Counted from the first letter of the stretch, positions 37,679-48,022 are shown. The stretch is 64,000 nucleotides of DNA from Microcoleus sp. (GCA_052279835.1 CP181291.1:224001-288000); one strand, 5' to 3'. The notes: a model not told the origin generated them from the letters alone. Numbers and translations are program-made.

Positions 37679-38299
37679 ATGATTTTTCAACTACAACCTC
37701 AATTCATGACTCCCCAAGAATATTTGGAATGGGAAGAACAACAACCCATTAAATATGAATACATGAATGGAGAAGTCTTTGCCATGACTGGGGGAATTCT
37801 GCCCCATAACTCAATTGCCATAAACATTACATCTGCACTCAAAAATCACCTGCGGGGTAAAGGTTGTAAAGTCTTTATGGCAGATGCCAAAGTGGGAGTT
37901 TCACAAAATGGTCCATTTCACTATCCAGATGTGATGGTGAGTTGCGATCCGCAAGACCAAACAGCCCGTAAAGTTATTTATCATCCTTGTTTAATTGTCG
38001 AAGTGCTATCTCCTGGTACAGAAGCATTCGATCGCGGTCAAAAATTTAGAAATTACCGTCAAATTGAAAGTTTAACAGAATACGTTCTGATTGAAACCGA
38101 TCGCCTGAACGTCGAATGTTACCGCATCAATGAAAAAGGCAAATGGGAACTCACTGCTTATTCCCTTGACGCAACAACTATCGACGCTACAGAAGTAGAA
38201 GTTGATTTTCCCAGCGTTGATTTCCGTTGTCCGATTTCTTTGCTGTATGAAGATGTTGTTTTTCCTGAAGATAATCCCGCAGATTCTGCCGATCGCTAA
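37679..38299 (+). CDS. Uma2-family (PD-(D/E)xK) endonuclease-like protein
   Basis: EYLEWE..KYEY.NGEVFAMTGG..HN, YPDVMVSC, P.LIVEVLSPGT..FDRG.KF..YR. Confidence 0.92.
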   Translation: MIFQLQPQFMTPQEYLEWEEQQPIKYEYMNGEVFAMTGGILPHNSIAINITSALKNHLRGKGCKVFMADAKVGVSQNGPFHYPDVMVSCDPQDQTARKVIYHPCLIVEVLSPGTEAFDRGQKFRNYRQIESLTEYVLIETDRLNVECYRINEKGKWELTAYSLDATTIDATEVEVDFPSVDFRCPISLLYEDVVFPEDNPADSADR

Positions 38300-38354
38300 T
38301 TAAGCCTGGTGTCTCAAGAGCGATCGCATCATTTAATCAAAAGCAGATGGTAGT

Positions 38355-39320
38355 TTATTTGTCAGTGCGATCGTGCGAGCTATCGAAACCCGCAACTTCT
38401 GCCAAAGTATAAAGCGGCCTCCCCTTTACCTCCTCATAAATCCGCCCTACATACTGACCCAAAATCCCAATACTCACCAACTGTACCGCACCTAAAAAGA
38501 AAACCGCCATCATCACAATTGTCAAACCAGTTAATGCCGAATTTGGATAAAAAATCCGCCAATACAAAATCAAAAAAGCCATTAATACAGATACAAATGC
38601 AGCAAATAATCCCAAATAAATCGAAAGTCTCAGGGGAACTTTTGAAAAAGACACTAAACCATTCATTGCCAAACCCAAAGATTTTCTAAACGTATACTTA
38701 ACCTCGCCGGCAAAACGCGGATCGCGTTCAAATTTAACTGCTGTTTGCTTAAAACCAATCCAAGCCCGCAATCCCCGAATGTAACGATTTCGTTCGGGCA
38801 TGGCGTTGAGTATATCGACTACACAACGATCCATTAAACAAAAATCTCCTGTATCTATGGGAATATCAACATCGGCAAGATGGCGCAAAATGCGATAATA
38901 CATATAAGCTGGCAACCGCTTAAACCAACCTTCTTTATGGCGTTGAGTGCGTTGAGCGTACACAACTTGATAGCCTTGCCGCCATTGTTCTACCATGTCT
39001 ATAATCAACTCAGGCGGGTCTTGCAAATCGCCGTCCATTACTACTACAATTTTACCTGTAGAAAAGTTTAAACCAGCAGTCACGGCTATTTGATGGCCAA
39101 AATTGCGGGCAAAACTGAGGTAAGAAATGCGTGCATCTTTTTCGTGCAATTCTCGTAGAAGTTCCAGAGAGCGATCGCGACTGCCATCATTGATTAAAAT
39201 TAACTCTACTGGGCCATCCATCCGAGCCATCACCGCACTAATTCGCCGGTAAAGTTCTGGGAGAGTTTCTTCTTCATTATAAATAGGAATTACTAAGGAA
39301 TATTTGGGTATGCTTTTCAT
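38355..39320 (-). CDS. GT2 polyprenol-phosphate glycosyltransferase (GtrB-like)
   Basis: [43 protein letters not shown], two C-terminal TMs. Confidence 0.92.
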   Translation of the reverse strand: MKSIPKYSLVIPIYNEEETLPELYRRISAVMARMDGPVELILINDGSRDRSLELLRELHEKDARISYLSFARNFGHQIAVTAGLNFSTGKIVVVMDGDLQDPPELIIDMVEQWRQGYQVVYAQRTQRHKEGWFKRLPAYMYYRILRHLADVDIPIDTGDFCLMDRCVVDILNAMPERNRYIRGLRAWIGFKQTAVKFERDPRFAGEVKYTFRKSLGLAMNGLVSFSKVPLRLSIYLGLFAAFVSVLMAFLILYWRIFYPNSALTGLTIVMMAVFFLGAVQLVSIGILGQYVGRIYEEVKGRPLYTLAEVAGFDSSHDRTDK

Positions 39321-39366
39321 GATAGTCGATGTTTTACTTCTGCTGTTTAAGTATTAAATCACAGCT

Positions 39367-41304
39367 CTATTTTTTCATAAATACGCTCAGGGGTGCAACG
39401 GAAAATTTTTGTACATAAGTTTGATTTTTGATAACCATTTCTTTTCCTGGTGGGCGCTCTTTTTTGCTAGCTTGGTAAATTATTGCGCAGGGAATAAAGC
39501 TCTTGTAGGGTTCAAAATTTAATTTTTTCTCGACTACAGGATCGATGGTAGAGATATGTTCAATCCGAGGTGCCGGTTTTCCCGGTTCTTGAAAAAGTAC
39601 CCACAAGGGATATTCCCAGGAATTTTTAGTCCAAAATGATAGTCCTATATTTGTACAGTTTTGAGTTTTGATAAAACCTACTGTTTGATTGTAAGAATAC
39701 TCGATTTTCGGCCGACTTGTAAAGTAAAGTTCATTTCTGCTGGTATTAAGAATGTTACTTTCTCCTAGCAAAGGTCGAAATTTGTTATGAAAAATCCAAG
39801 GCAGGGACATAAATATCAAAATTCCGGCAATATAGTTGGCTATTTTATGATTTGACAATTGTGATATTGTTAGTCCAAACAATGGTGCAAATAATACAAA
39901 AAATGTCAGGTGGTGGCGACTTTGCCAAGGCTGGAATTTGAGCAGCAAACAAAGTAGTAAAAATGTACTGATGGTAGCAACTAAATAAATTATTATTATA
40001 TTTATTTTTCTGATTTTTTCCTGATTTAAAATTAGGATCAAAGTGGCAATTATTAGCCCAAAATGAATGGGATTGGTAGCATTATTTTCATTGAATGAGG
40101 GTGTAGTCAGAGCATAGACTTGTCCTGGAGGCCATGTGATGCGCGGATCATTTGGCTGGATACCTAATATTTTGTGTAGTATTTTAACTACTGCCACAAT
40201 TAAGCCATTAATTTGGGAAATGCTGGTGCCGGTGTGCATGGCTAAGTTTCTAATTATATTTGACCCAAAAGTGGGGATGCTAAATATTTCAATTTTGTAT
40301 TCTTTAGTAAAATCTTGAGGAGCGCCGATCGCGTAGCCAAACAAATCATAGTTTCGCCAAAAATGACCTAGATTCAGGAGAATAGTTACAGATGCTATCA
40401 TCAAAATGGGTGGCAATATTTTTTGATGATAGCGCTTAATTCCTACTATTAAAAACCAGATTATAAAAGGTAGTGAAAATATGTAAGCTGTGGTTTTTGT
40501 CAAGCAAGCTAGACCCAAGCTTGCACCAATTTTGAGAGTGTTAGATAGAGTAATTCCTGCTGACATTCCCGCTAAACCGCAGGAGACAAAACACACTACC
40601 CAAAAACATACAGCATAGTCGTTTTGGGTGCTAGAACCTTGGAGGATACCCATGGGTAAAGTTGCAGCAAAGACGCTGGCAAAAACTTGACCGCGCAAGT
40701 TCGCTCCCAGTTGCTGAGCAATTAGAGAAACGGCGATCGCACTGCCAATCATACTCAACCATTGTATCAGGTTCGCAAAGCGATCGCCCCCGCTTAAAAT
40801 CTGAAAGTGCATAATCGCAAATTCTGCCCCAGGCGGGTGATACAATTGCGGTACATAGGATGTTGGATAATGCTCGACACTCCCATTTTGCATCCAGTGA
40901 ACCACCCGACTCATGTGATATGTCATGGAATCCCAATTGTTAGGTGGCGAAACTATAGCTATTAAACCAATGGTCACAAAAATCAATGATATACTTGCTA
41001 GTAAACCTACTAAAAAGCGGGGTATTTTAATTTGATGATTTAGTAAATAATTGGGCTTGATATTTAAACTTTTTAGATATATGATTAAAATCACAATATC
41101 TGCGGATAACCACAAGTAAAATACCGAATTAAAAGCGATGGATTTGAATAAGCTTAAAATTTCCGTAGATAAAACAATCGCCACTCCCCATGCAATCGCA
41201 GCCGATAAAACCGCACTGCGCCAACAATTATTTATTTGATGGAATATCAAGAATAAAATTAGTAAATAAACCAAGGGAAGCAAGCCGAATATATCTGTAG
41301 TCAT
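39367..41304 (-). CDS. GT-C (ArnT/PMT-like) polytopic membrane glycosyltransferase
   Basis: PPNNWDSMTYH..RV.HW, QGSSTQND, GLACLTK; many TMs; adjacent to the GtrB-like gene. Confidence 0.8.
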   Translation of the reverse strand: MTTDIFGLLPLVYLLILFLIFHQINNCWRSAVLSAAIAWGVAIVLSTEILSLFKSIAFNSVFYLWLSADIVILIIYLKSLNIKPNYLLNHQIKIPRFLVGLLASISLIFVTIGLIAIVSPPNNWDSMTYHMSRVVHWMQNGSVEHYPTSYVPQLYHPPGAEFAIMHFQILSGGDRFANLIQWLSMIGSAIAVSLIAQQLGANLRGQVFASVFAATLPMGILQGSSTQNDYAVCFWVVCFVSCGLAGMSAGITLSNTLKIGASLGLACLTKTTAYIFSLPFIIWFLIVGIKRYHQKILPPILMIASVTILLNLGHFWRNYDLFGYAIGAPQDFTKEYKIEIFSIPTFGSNIIRNLAMHTGTSISQINGLIVAVVKILHKILGIQPNDPRITWPPGQVYALTTPSFNENNATNPIHFGLIIATLILILNQEKIRKINIIIIYLVATISTFLLLCLLLKFQPWQSRHHLTFFVLFAPLFGLTISQLSNHKIANYIAGILIFMSLPWIFHNKFRPLLGESNILNTSRNELYFTSRPKIEYSYNQTVGFIKTQNCTNIGLSFWTKNSWEYPLWVLFQEPGKPAPRIEHISTIDPVVEKKLNFEPYKSFIPCAIIYQASKKERPPGKEMVIKNQTYVQKFSVAPLSVFMKK

Positions 41305-41496
41305 AAGGTTTATACTACGGTGGTTATGTATTAAATTTTGTTAATACTGAAGGCGGCCGTCACGCAAGGGTTGTCGAAGTGTTGAAACCGCTACCGAGTT
41401 ATCCCCAAGTCCGTCGCCAGGGGCTTGCGTCTCGTTTTTTGCTCAGAGTTTTTAGGGGTGGGAAGAGGGGCCTTAACCCCTACCTCCCTAAAAATA

Positions 41497-41973
41497 TTAG
41501 TCTTCTTTTCGATCGTTCAGACAGGGGGAGTAATTTTTGACGATCAACAAACAGTTTCGTCCATCAGCGGTTCTCACATAACTGAGAGTATCACCGATGT
41601 CTTTCATTAATTTTAGACCCCGACCACCCGGAGCTTCAATATCTACTGTTTCGGAAATATTTTTGATTTTTGCTTCTAAATCAAAGGGTTCGCCGCAATC
41701 CCAGATTTTAATCTCTACAAATTCAGGGAACACTACCACCTGAATTTCCACAGGTAAATCTGCTGGTTTGCCATTATGGGCGTGACGGACGGCATTGGTA
41801 AAGCCCTCCGCCAAAGCCAACTGGCACCTGATCCAAACACTTGTGGGAATTCGCGACTCGTACAATTTTGAAAACCACGACAAAACGCGGTCTAATCCAT
41901 TTAGACCCGTATTGACTTGAAGATCCGCTTTCTTGAGCATCGGCAACTTTTCGTAACCTTTCAATTCAATCAA
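41497..41973 (-). CDS. RsbW-like anti-sigma factor / Ser-Thr kinase (HATPase)
   Basis: LALAEGFTNAVRHAH, IWDCGEPFD, GGRGLKLM. Confidence 0.88.
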   Translation of the reverse strand: MIELKGYEKLPMLKKADLQVNTGLNGLDRVLSWFSKLYESRIPTSVWIRCQLALAEGFTNAVRHAHNGKPADLPVEIQVVVFPEFVEIKIWDCGEPFDLEAKIKNISETVDIEAPGGRGLKLMKDIGDTLSYVRTADGRNCLLIVKNYSPCLNDRKED

Positions 41974-42402
41974 TCTCAGCTAATGAATAATTTCACTGGC
42001 TGGTGGGCAAAATACAACAATACAAAATAAAACTACAGAAAATACAACGGTCGCAAAATTCAATGATAATTTGAGGGTAGTAGTTTCGAGGGGCAGGCAG
42101 TATAGATATTTAATCCACTAATCGGTTAAACAGGATACCATATGTAGGGATTCGATGTCAACCAGGGCCGGAGCAAAATAAAAGTCTATAAAAATTTATA
42201 TTTTGAATATAAACTGAGTGAAGTTCGATCGCGCCGAAATTTCCCTCAAATTTAAACGTAAATTGAACTCAAAGGCCCGCTGTCAACAGCAATTACCTAG
42301 AAAGCGATGTTATTAGACTATACTCAATCTCAGACCAACGCGCTGACAGGATATATTTTGAATGACCCCCAGACCTTGAAAGACTTGTAGTACCTGAGTG
42401 CC

Positions 42403-43539
42403 ATGTTTCAAATTCTGGTTATAGACGATGATACTGCGGTTCAAGAACTGCTCAGAAGAACCCTGAAAAAACAGGGTTACGAAGTAACGGTAGCAAGTAA
42501 TGGCGAAGACGGTGTAGCACAGGCGCAAAAACTGTGTCCGGCTTTGATAATTTGCGATTGGATCATGCCACGCTTGACAGGCATCGATGTGTGCCGTCGA
42601 GTCAAGGCCGATCCACATCTGTCAACTACACAATTCTTTTTGCTGACTTCTTTGGGGTCGATCGCCGATCGAGTCAAAGGACTTGATGCCGGTGCCGATG
42701 ATTTTATCTCCAAACCCATTGAACTCAACGAGTTGCAGGCGAGAGTGCGGGCCGGACTAAGGCTGCACCAACTCAGCCGAGACTTGAAAATTGCTAAGCA
42801 AAGTCTGGAAGCAGAACTAGCTGAGGCGGCGGAATATGTGCAGTCTTTATTGCCAGATCCGATGGTGGAACCCGTCAGCATTGAGTCAAAATTCATTCCT
42901 TCCCGTCAGTTAGGAGGAGATTGCTTTGACTACAACTGGCTAGACTCGGATTATTTGGCGATTTATTTGCTAGACGTCGCCGGACACGGTTTGCGGGCGG
43001 CCCTGCCTTCTGTGGCAGTGTTGAATTTGTTGCGATCGCGCGCCTTACCCAACATTGACTACTACAAACCCAGCGACGTTTTGCGGGCGCTGAACACCAC
43101 TTTCCAGATGAGTTATCAAAATGACAAGTATTTCACCATCTGGTACGGGGTGTACAATCGGATCGATCGCCAGTTAGTCTACGCCAGCGCCGGTCATCCC
43201 CCGGCGGTGTTGATTTCCCAGTCCCCCACTAGCAATGCCAAAGTCCAGCAACTGAAAACCCCCGGAATGCCCGTCGGGATGTTCCCAGAAGCCCGCTATG
43301 TCGATAAAAGCTGCCATGTCGAGGATTTGAGCACTCTCTACATCTTTAGCGACGGGGTTTACGAGATTCACCAACCTGATGGCAATATCTGGGGGCTCGA
43401 TCCTTTCATTGATTTGTTAGCAGCTTACAACGGTGCAACTGCCGACCAGTTAGAGTTAGTTTTGAGCTATGTTCAAAAGTTGAACGCTAAAGCCGTGTTT
43501 GATGATGATTGGTCTTTACTCAAGATCAATTTTGGGTGA
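42403..43539 (+). CDS. Response regulator with SpoIIE/PP2C phosphatase output (RsbU-like)
   Basis: Receiver IDDD..CDWIMP..KP; phosphatase LGGDCFD, DVAGHG, SAGHPP, SDGVYE, DDDWS. Confidence 0.92.
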   Translation: MFQILVIDDDTAVQELLRRTLKKQGYEVTVASNGEDGVAQAQKLCPALIICDWIMPRLTGIDVCRRVKADPHLSTTQFFLLTSLGSIADRVKGLDAGADDFISKPIELNELQARVRAGLRLHQLSRDLKIAKQSLEAELAEAAEYVQSLLPDPMVEPVSIESKFIPSRQLGGDCFDYNWLDSDYLAIYLLDVAGHGLRAALPSVAVLNLLRSRALPNIDYYKPSDVLRALNTTFQMSYQNDKYFTIWYGVYNRIDRQLVYASAGHPPAVLISQSPTSNAKVQQLKTPGMPVGMFPEARYVDKSCHVEDLSTLYIFSDGVYEIHQPDGNIWGLDPFIDLLAAYNGATADQLELVLSYVQKLNAKAVFDDDWSLLKINFG

Positions 43540-43786
43540 TGCCGATAGCTGGAGGAAATATGCAGAAGTCCGCAAGGTTTGACTCTTACGGACTCTTAAA
43601 TATTTGACTTCAATTTTCCAGTCGGTTAGCGAAGCTTTAAACTTAGGATCGATTAATTCTAAGTTTAAGGCAGAAGCGCTCGGTTTGGAAGATAAAACCA
43701 GCAATTTTCGACACTTCTAGTTTGCCTGCATAGATTGACCGAGAGTTAATTGACCTCAGAAGTTAGCAGCCAAAAGATCTAGTTAT

Positions 43787-44107
43787 TTAAAGCGCAATCT
43801 TGCTATTAAAAGCATCACGGGTGGGAAATATCTCAAAAACTCGATCCATACTGGTGAGTTCAAATAAGATGCGGATTTGCTCGTTGATAGAACAGACGAC
43901 TAACTGACTCCCAGCGGCTCTGACTGTTTTGAGCGCCAAGACTAAAGCGCCCAAACCAGAACTGTCCATAAATGTCACGTCTTGGAAGTCTATTAATACG
44001 ACATCGGCTCCCGCTTGCACGAGGTCGCTAATCTCTAGGCGGAATTGACCAGCCTTGGTGCCGTCTAAAATACCAGAGGGTTGAATAATTTTAACTACAG
44101 GACTCAT
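43787..44107 (-). CDS. STAS anti-sigma-factor antagonist (RsbV-like), 106 aa from the ATG at 44107
   Basis: DVTFMDSSGLGALV phospho-Ser motif, LFELTSMDRVF. Confidence 0.92.
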   Translation of the reverse strand: MSPVVKIIQPSGILDGTKAGQFRLEISDLVQAGADVVLIDFQDVTFMDSSGLGALVLALKTVRAAGSQLVVCSINEQIRILFELTSMDRVFEIFPTRDAFNSKIAL

Positions 44108-44202
44108 ATTTTGCGGTGGGAATGTCAGAATTTCTAGCCAGACTACGTTAGTATAGCTGCGAGACGGACTCCGATCCAAATACCTAGCATAGACCTACAT
44201 AT

Positions 44203-44847
44203 CTAATCGATCGCTCCTGCTGGGATCACCTTGGCACGGTAAAGCAGTTTTTCGCCTTGTCTGTATCCGGTATAGCGTACTGTCACCTGTTCTCCCGGCT
44301 GGGCTGTTCCGGCCAGCAGTTGATGCTCTTGTGGATTATAGGGGATGGAGGTTCCCACAGGGGCGATCGCCTCTACTCCCCACTCCTGCAATAATTTTTC
44401 CACAGGACGCATCAAAGGCAGTAATTTGACTGCTGGTAACTGCTGGTTTTCCTGAGCTTTCCTCGCTGCTGTCGGCCACTGCAACATCCAGGATTCTAAA
44501 ATCTGCAAGCTAGAAAGCTGGAATTCCTCCATCAAAGACGATCGTTGAAGATCCAGTGTAGCTTGCAGCCGCTGATATTCTTGTTCTATGGCTGTCGGTG
44601 CTGGTGGCTCTAACTCTACAGAACCAGGGGCAAAAGTTGCCAGCAGTTCGTTTAAGGAAATTTTCAAGGCTTGACTGATTTTCAGCAGGATATCTGCTGA
44701 CATTTGCAAGGCTAAGCCCCGACGCAAACGGCTGAGCTGAAGTTCACCAACTCCTGCTGTTTGGCTGAGTTCTCGATCGCTCTCTAGCCCTGCTTGCTGC
44801 ATCAGACATTGTAGTTGAGGAGCGTAATCTGGAATCTTGCTTACCAC
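44203..44847 (-). CDS. XRE-type HTH fused to a GrpE-like C-terminal domain
   Basis: LMQQAGL.S.RELS..AGV...L.RLRRG HTH; YNPQEHQ...PGEQVTVRYTGY..GEKLLYRAKV GrpE-like beta domain. Confidence 0.75.
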   Translation of the reverse strand: MVSKIPDYAPQLQCLMQQAGLESDRELSQTAGVGELQLSRLRRGLALQMSADILLKISQALKISLNELLATFAPGSVELEPPAPTAIEQEYQRLQATLDLQRSSLMEEFQLSSLQILESWMLQWPTAARKAQENQQLPAVKLLPLMRPVEKLLQEWGVEAIAPVGTSIPYNPQEHQLLAGTAQPGEQVTVRYTGYRQGEKLLYRAKVIPAGAID

Positions 44848-44888
44848 AAAAAAGCCATCCCAATTAATAACTTAATATATTCTTTATA

Positions 44889-46227
44889 TTGACATCCTCA
44901 CGCCAGCTAAAGCCACGGTGATTCCAAAGATCACTCTTTGGGCTTCCTCTTTCCCCGACTCGGCTTACTTGGAGGAATTTCTTCACCCAAGCTCTTGTCG
45001 ATGTCTCCAGAGGCGTTAAGCGTTCCCGTGTGCCCCACGGTACGAAGTGCAAGTTCCAGTATGTTACGAGCGGCGTTCCAGTCCCGGTCTAAAACCAACC
45101 CACAATGAGAACATTTATGAGTTCTTGTACTCAAAGACTTCTTGACAACTTTCCCACACTTAGAACAAATCTGGCTGGTGTAGTGCGGTGGAACAGCAAC
45201 TGTTGCTACACCAAATACCTTGCCAAAATATTCCAACCAACTCCGGAAAGCCGACCACGCCGCATCAGAAATCGACTTAGCAAGTTTCCGATTCTTAACC
45301 ATGTTTCGCACCTGCAAGTCCTCATAGGCAACCAAGTCGTTAGACTGGACTACGCATCTTGCCAATTTCACAGCAAAATCTTTACGCTGCCTACTTACCT
45401 TGAGGTGTTTTCTGCTCAATCGGTTTCTCGCTTTGGTTCGGTTAATCGCTCCTTTTTGAGTTCGAGAAAGCCTTCGACCGAGCCGTTTGAGCGCTTTTTC
45501 AGACTTCCTGAGATGCCTGGGATTGTCAATTGTATCTCCATCCGAGTCGGTGTAGAAGTGATTCAACCCAACATCCAGCCCAATAGTTTTACCCGCTGGT
45601 TCTCTCTTCTCAACTCGCTCGACATCAAGACAAAACTGAACGTAGTACCCATCAGCACGACGAACAACCCGAACTCGCTTAATCTGTTCCAACTGATAAA
45701 AGTGCAGAGCACGAGTTCCCCACATCTTGAAACTTCCAGCTTTAAAACCATCAGTGAAGGTGATAGTTCTCCTGTCCTCCGACAGCTTCCAGCCACAGGT
45801 CTTGTACTCAACAGAACCATGTGTTTGATGCTTTTTAAAACATGGAAAACCTTTCTTTGCTGCTTTCTTTTTGCAGTTGTCGTAGAACCGAGCAATAGCA
45901 GACCAAGCTCGTTCAGCAGAAGCTTGACGAGCCATAGAGTTGAGCTGACTGGCCAAAGGAAATTCCTTGGCAAGAACCTTGCAATAAGCGCTCAGTTCAT
46001 ACCGCCCAATCCCCTGATTGTCTATCCAGTATCTGATGCAAGAATTGCGGACAAAACGCGCAGTACGAATCGCTTCATCAAGCTTTTCATACTGATGCTT
46101 TTCGCCTTCAAGCTTTGCTTCAAATACCAGCATTTTACGTTATGGTGTTGGATATAATTATTCTAGCTCAACATCAATAAAATTGAAAGCCGTCCTAGAA
46201 GGACGGGGCTTTAGACCCTTTTTTTTG
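44889..46227 (-). mobile_element. Non-autonomous IS200/IS605-family element 2 (tnpB only)
   Basis: Minus strand: left end TTAC|CAAAAAAAAAGGGTCTAAAGCCCCGTCCTTCTAGGACGGC; right end GGAATCACCGTGGCTTTAGCTGGCGTGAGGATGTCAA. Confidence 0.9.
44931..46133 (-). CDS. tnpB: RNA-guided endonuclease TnpB (canonical D-E-D and Zn finger)
   Basis: GLDVGL, VAYEDL, KSISDAAW, CSKC..CSHC, DRDWNAARNI. Confidence 0.95.
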   Translation of the reverse strand: MLVFEAKLEGEKHQYEKLDEAIRTARFVRNSCIRYWIDNQGIGRYELSAYCKVLAKEFPLASQLNSMARQASAERAWSAIARFYDNCKKKAAKKGFPCFKKHQTHGSVEYKTCGWKLSEDRRTITFTDGFKAGSFKMWGTRALHFYQLEQIKRVRVVRRADGYYVQFCLDVERVEKREPAGKTIGLDVGLNHFYTDSDGDTIDNPRHLRKSEKALKRLGRRLSRTQKGAINRTKARNRLSRKHLKVSRQRKDFAVKLARCVVQSNDLVAYEDLQVRNMVKNRKLAKSISDAAWSAFRSWLEYFGKVFGVATVAVPPHYTSQICSKCGKVVKKSLSTRTHKCSHCGLVLDRDWNAARNILELALRTVGHTGTLNASGDIDKSLGEEIPPSKPSRGKRKPKE

Positions 46228-46315
46228 GTAATCGGTCAAGTGCCACAACTCCATTTTGAGAGCGGGTCAGAGAACCCGCTCCACCATTATGGTCAAAATA
46301 GTTAATCAGTAGCGA

Positions 46316-46864
46316 TTACAAAGCTACTTTTTCTGGGGTAGCCGAGGCTGTAGTTGTCGCAGCAGCTTGCAAGTGGGCTTCTAGGAACCACAAGCGCTTG
46401 TCAATGGTCCGCGAAATTTCAGTATATAAGTCAGCGGTATCGGCATCGCCGAGTTCCCCTGTTTTATCGATGGCTACTCGCAGATGTTTAGCATAAGGTG
46501 CGTAGCGATCGGCCAAAGCAGTCACGTACTCTTTGCCATCTAAAATATCAAAAGGAAATTCTGGCAAAATCGAATCAGCCGCCGCTGTACGGGCTGTTCC
46601 TACAGCCAAACCCCCCAAAGCCGTCACCCGTTCCGCCACCGTATCAATATAATCTTCGAGTTCTGTTGCCATTTCATCAAATAGCAAATGCAACTGATAA
46701 AAGTCCATACCTTTGACGTTCCAGTGAGCTTGCTTGACTTGGGTTTTCAAGTCGAGAGTCGTTGCGAGGGTGGCGTTGAGCAGCCCAACTATTTGAGAGC
46801 GGGTTTCTGCTGGCATATCGATACGAGTTGGATAAAGATGTTGTTTGTGGTTGTTAGGACTCAT
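46316..46864 (-). CDS. dps: Dps DNA starvation/stationary-phase protection protein
   Basis: KQAHWNVKG..F..LH.LFDE, D..AER, D.DTADL..E.SR..DK.LWFLEAH. Confidence 0.95.
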   Translation of the reverse strand: MSPNNHKQHLYPTRIDMPAETRSQIVGLLNATLATTLDLKTQVKQAHWNVKGMDFYQLHLLFDEMATELEDYIDTVAERVTALGGLAVGTARTAAADSILPEFPFDILDGKEYVTALADRYAPYAKHLRVAIDKTGELGDADTADLYTEISRTIDKRLWFLEAHLQAAATTTASATPEKVAL

Positions 46865-46922
46865 AGGTTTTGTACCTTGTGATTTTTGACTTAAAAAATT
46901 TAGAGTGCGATGTTTCCTGAAC

Positions 46923-47183
46923 TCACGCTAGGTGCATCTGCAACACAGAACGGGGAGCACGGCGGACTTTACACCGGATTGTTTCTAAACCGAGGCGTTG
47001 ACAAGCTTCGTATCGGTGACAACCGGAGAAGCCGTAATATTGACCATCTACTTCTAGCACGTCGATGGGCTCGTTTAAACCTATCTCTCGGATGGATTCC
47101 ATCAGAGTGCTGACTTTGGTGGGGTCGTTGACTCGCGGCAGGGGGCGGCGAATCTGGTTGAGGGGTATTTCTTCGATCCTCAT
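46923..47183 (-). CDS. srxA: Sulfiredoxin
   Basis: PIDVL...YYGFSGCHRYEA signature; 86 aa; directly upstream of dps. Confidence 0.92.
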   Translation of the reverse strand: MRIEEIPLNQIRRPLPRVNDPTKVSTLMESIREIGLNEPIDVLEVDGQYYGFSGCHRYEACQRLGLETIRCKVRRAPRSVLQMHLA

Positions 47184-47209
47184 GGCTCCTCTTTGTTGCT
47201 GCTAATTAA

Positions 47210-47239
47210 ATCATACTCGTAATGACTTCGACTTGGCAA
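47210..47239 (-). promoter_or_regulatory. srxA-dps promoter with an overlapping imperfect palindrome (candidate FurC/PerR box)
   Basis: Minus strand TTGCCA-N18-TATGAT; CGAAGTCATTACGAGTATG (47212-47230) spans the spacer and -10. Confidence 0.5.
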
Positions 47240-47327
47240 GTAAAATGTATCACAGTTGCTTGAGCTCGGTCAGGATGTCCACTACAAGCTCAGCTAAAAT
47301 CAAAACTGCTAAATCTCCACTATCAGA

Positions 47328-47432
47328 ATAGTTAGCAGCATTCTAGAGATTTTTGGATTGAAAGGCTAAGCCGTCAATTTCCACAAAACGATGTTCGGTG
47401 GATTTAATAATGTGTCTCTCTGCTAGCTGCAT
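47328..47432 (-). pseudogene. tnpB: IS607 tnpB 5' remnant
   Basis: Overlaps the tnpA stop; reads MQLAERHIIKSTEHRFVEIDGLAFQSKNL*NAANY (TAG at 47343-47345) and then similarity ends. Confidence 0.75.
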
Positions 47433-48022
47433 TCAGACTCTCCATTTTTTAATTCAGCAATGATTCTTTCTATTTTTCGCGCAGCGGGGCGTTGTCCGTA
47501 AAGTCGCGCTGCAAAACTCGTAACTACTGCCACCAAATCTTGCATTAATTCATCTTGACCGTTGTCAGTTAAATTGACAATTTCTAGTTTGACTCCTAAT
47601 CTCACCAGAAGTACATCTAAATAATGTGTTCCGAATCGAGCCAAACGGTCTTTGTGTTCAACCAAAAGAATATCGTAATCATCTTGTTGCAGGAGTGTTT
47701 CTAACTGTTTTCTGTGGTCGTTCAATCCACTACCAATTTCTTTGACATTTCTGACAATTTGATAACCGTTGGCAATTGCGTACTCGGTTAATCGCTCTGA
47801 TTGGCGGTTGAGATTGTCTTTGTTCTCAGAAGATGAGACTCGGCTATAAATAGCGACTCGGTTTTTCTTTGATTCAATTGATGGCGCTGGCGACGAGTAG
47901 TCAACTATAATTAGACCACTTTCCGTTTGTCTTGCTGGATGTGGCAGTTTATTGGCTTTCCACCAGCGCCATGCGGTTGTGTAACTTATGCCTATGGCTT
48001 TTGCGTAGTCAGGTAGTTTCAT
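47423..48022 (-). CDS. tnpA: IS607-family serine transposase TnpA
   Basis: MerR-like HTH (YAKAIGISYTTAWRW), catalytic YSRVSS, EIGSGLN, VEHKDRLARFG, EL..DL..VVTSF.ARLYG.R. Confidence 0.93.
   Translation of the reverse strand: MKLPDYAKAIGISYTTAWRWWKANKLPHPARQTESGLIIVDYSSPAPSIESKKNRVAIYSRVSSSENKDNLNRQSERLTEYAIANGYQIVRNVKEIGSGLNDHRKQLETLLQQDDYDILLVEHKDRLARFGTHYLDVLLVRLGVKLEIVNLTDNGQDELMQDLVAVVTSFAARLYGQRPAARKIERIIAELKNGESECS

Noticed and set aside
45105..46157. 350-aa ORF on the + strand
   Set aside because: Antisense to an intact tnpB with no recognisable motifs; shadow ORF
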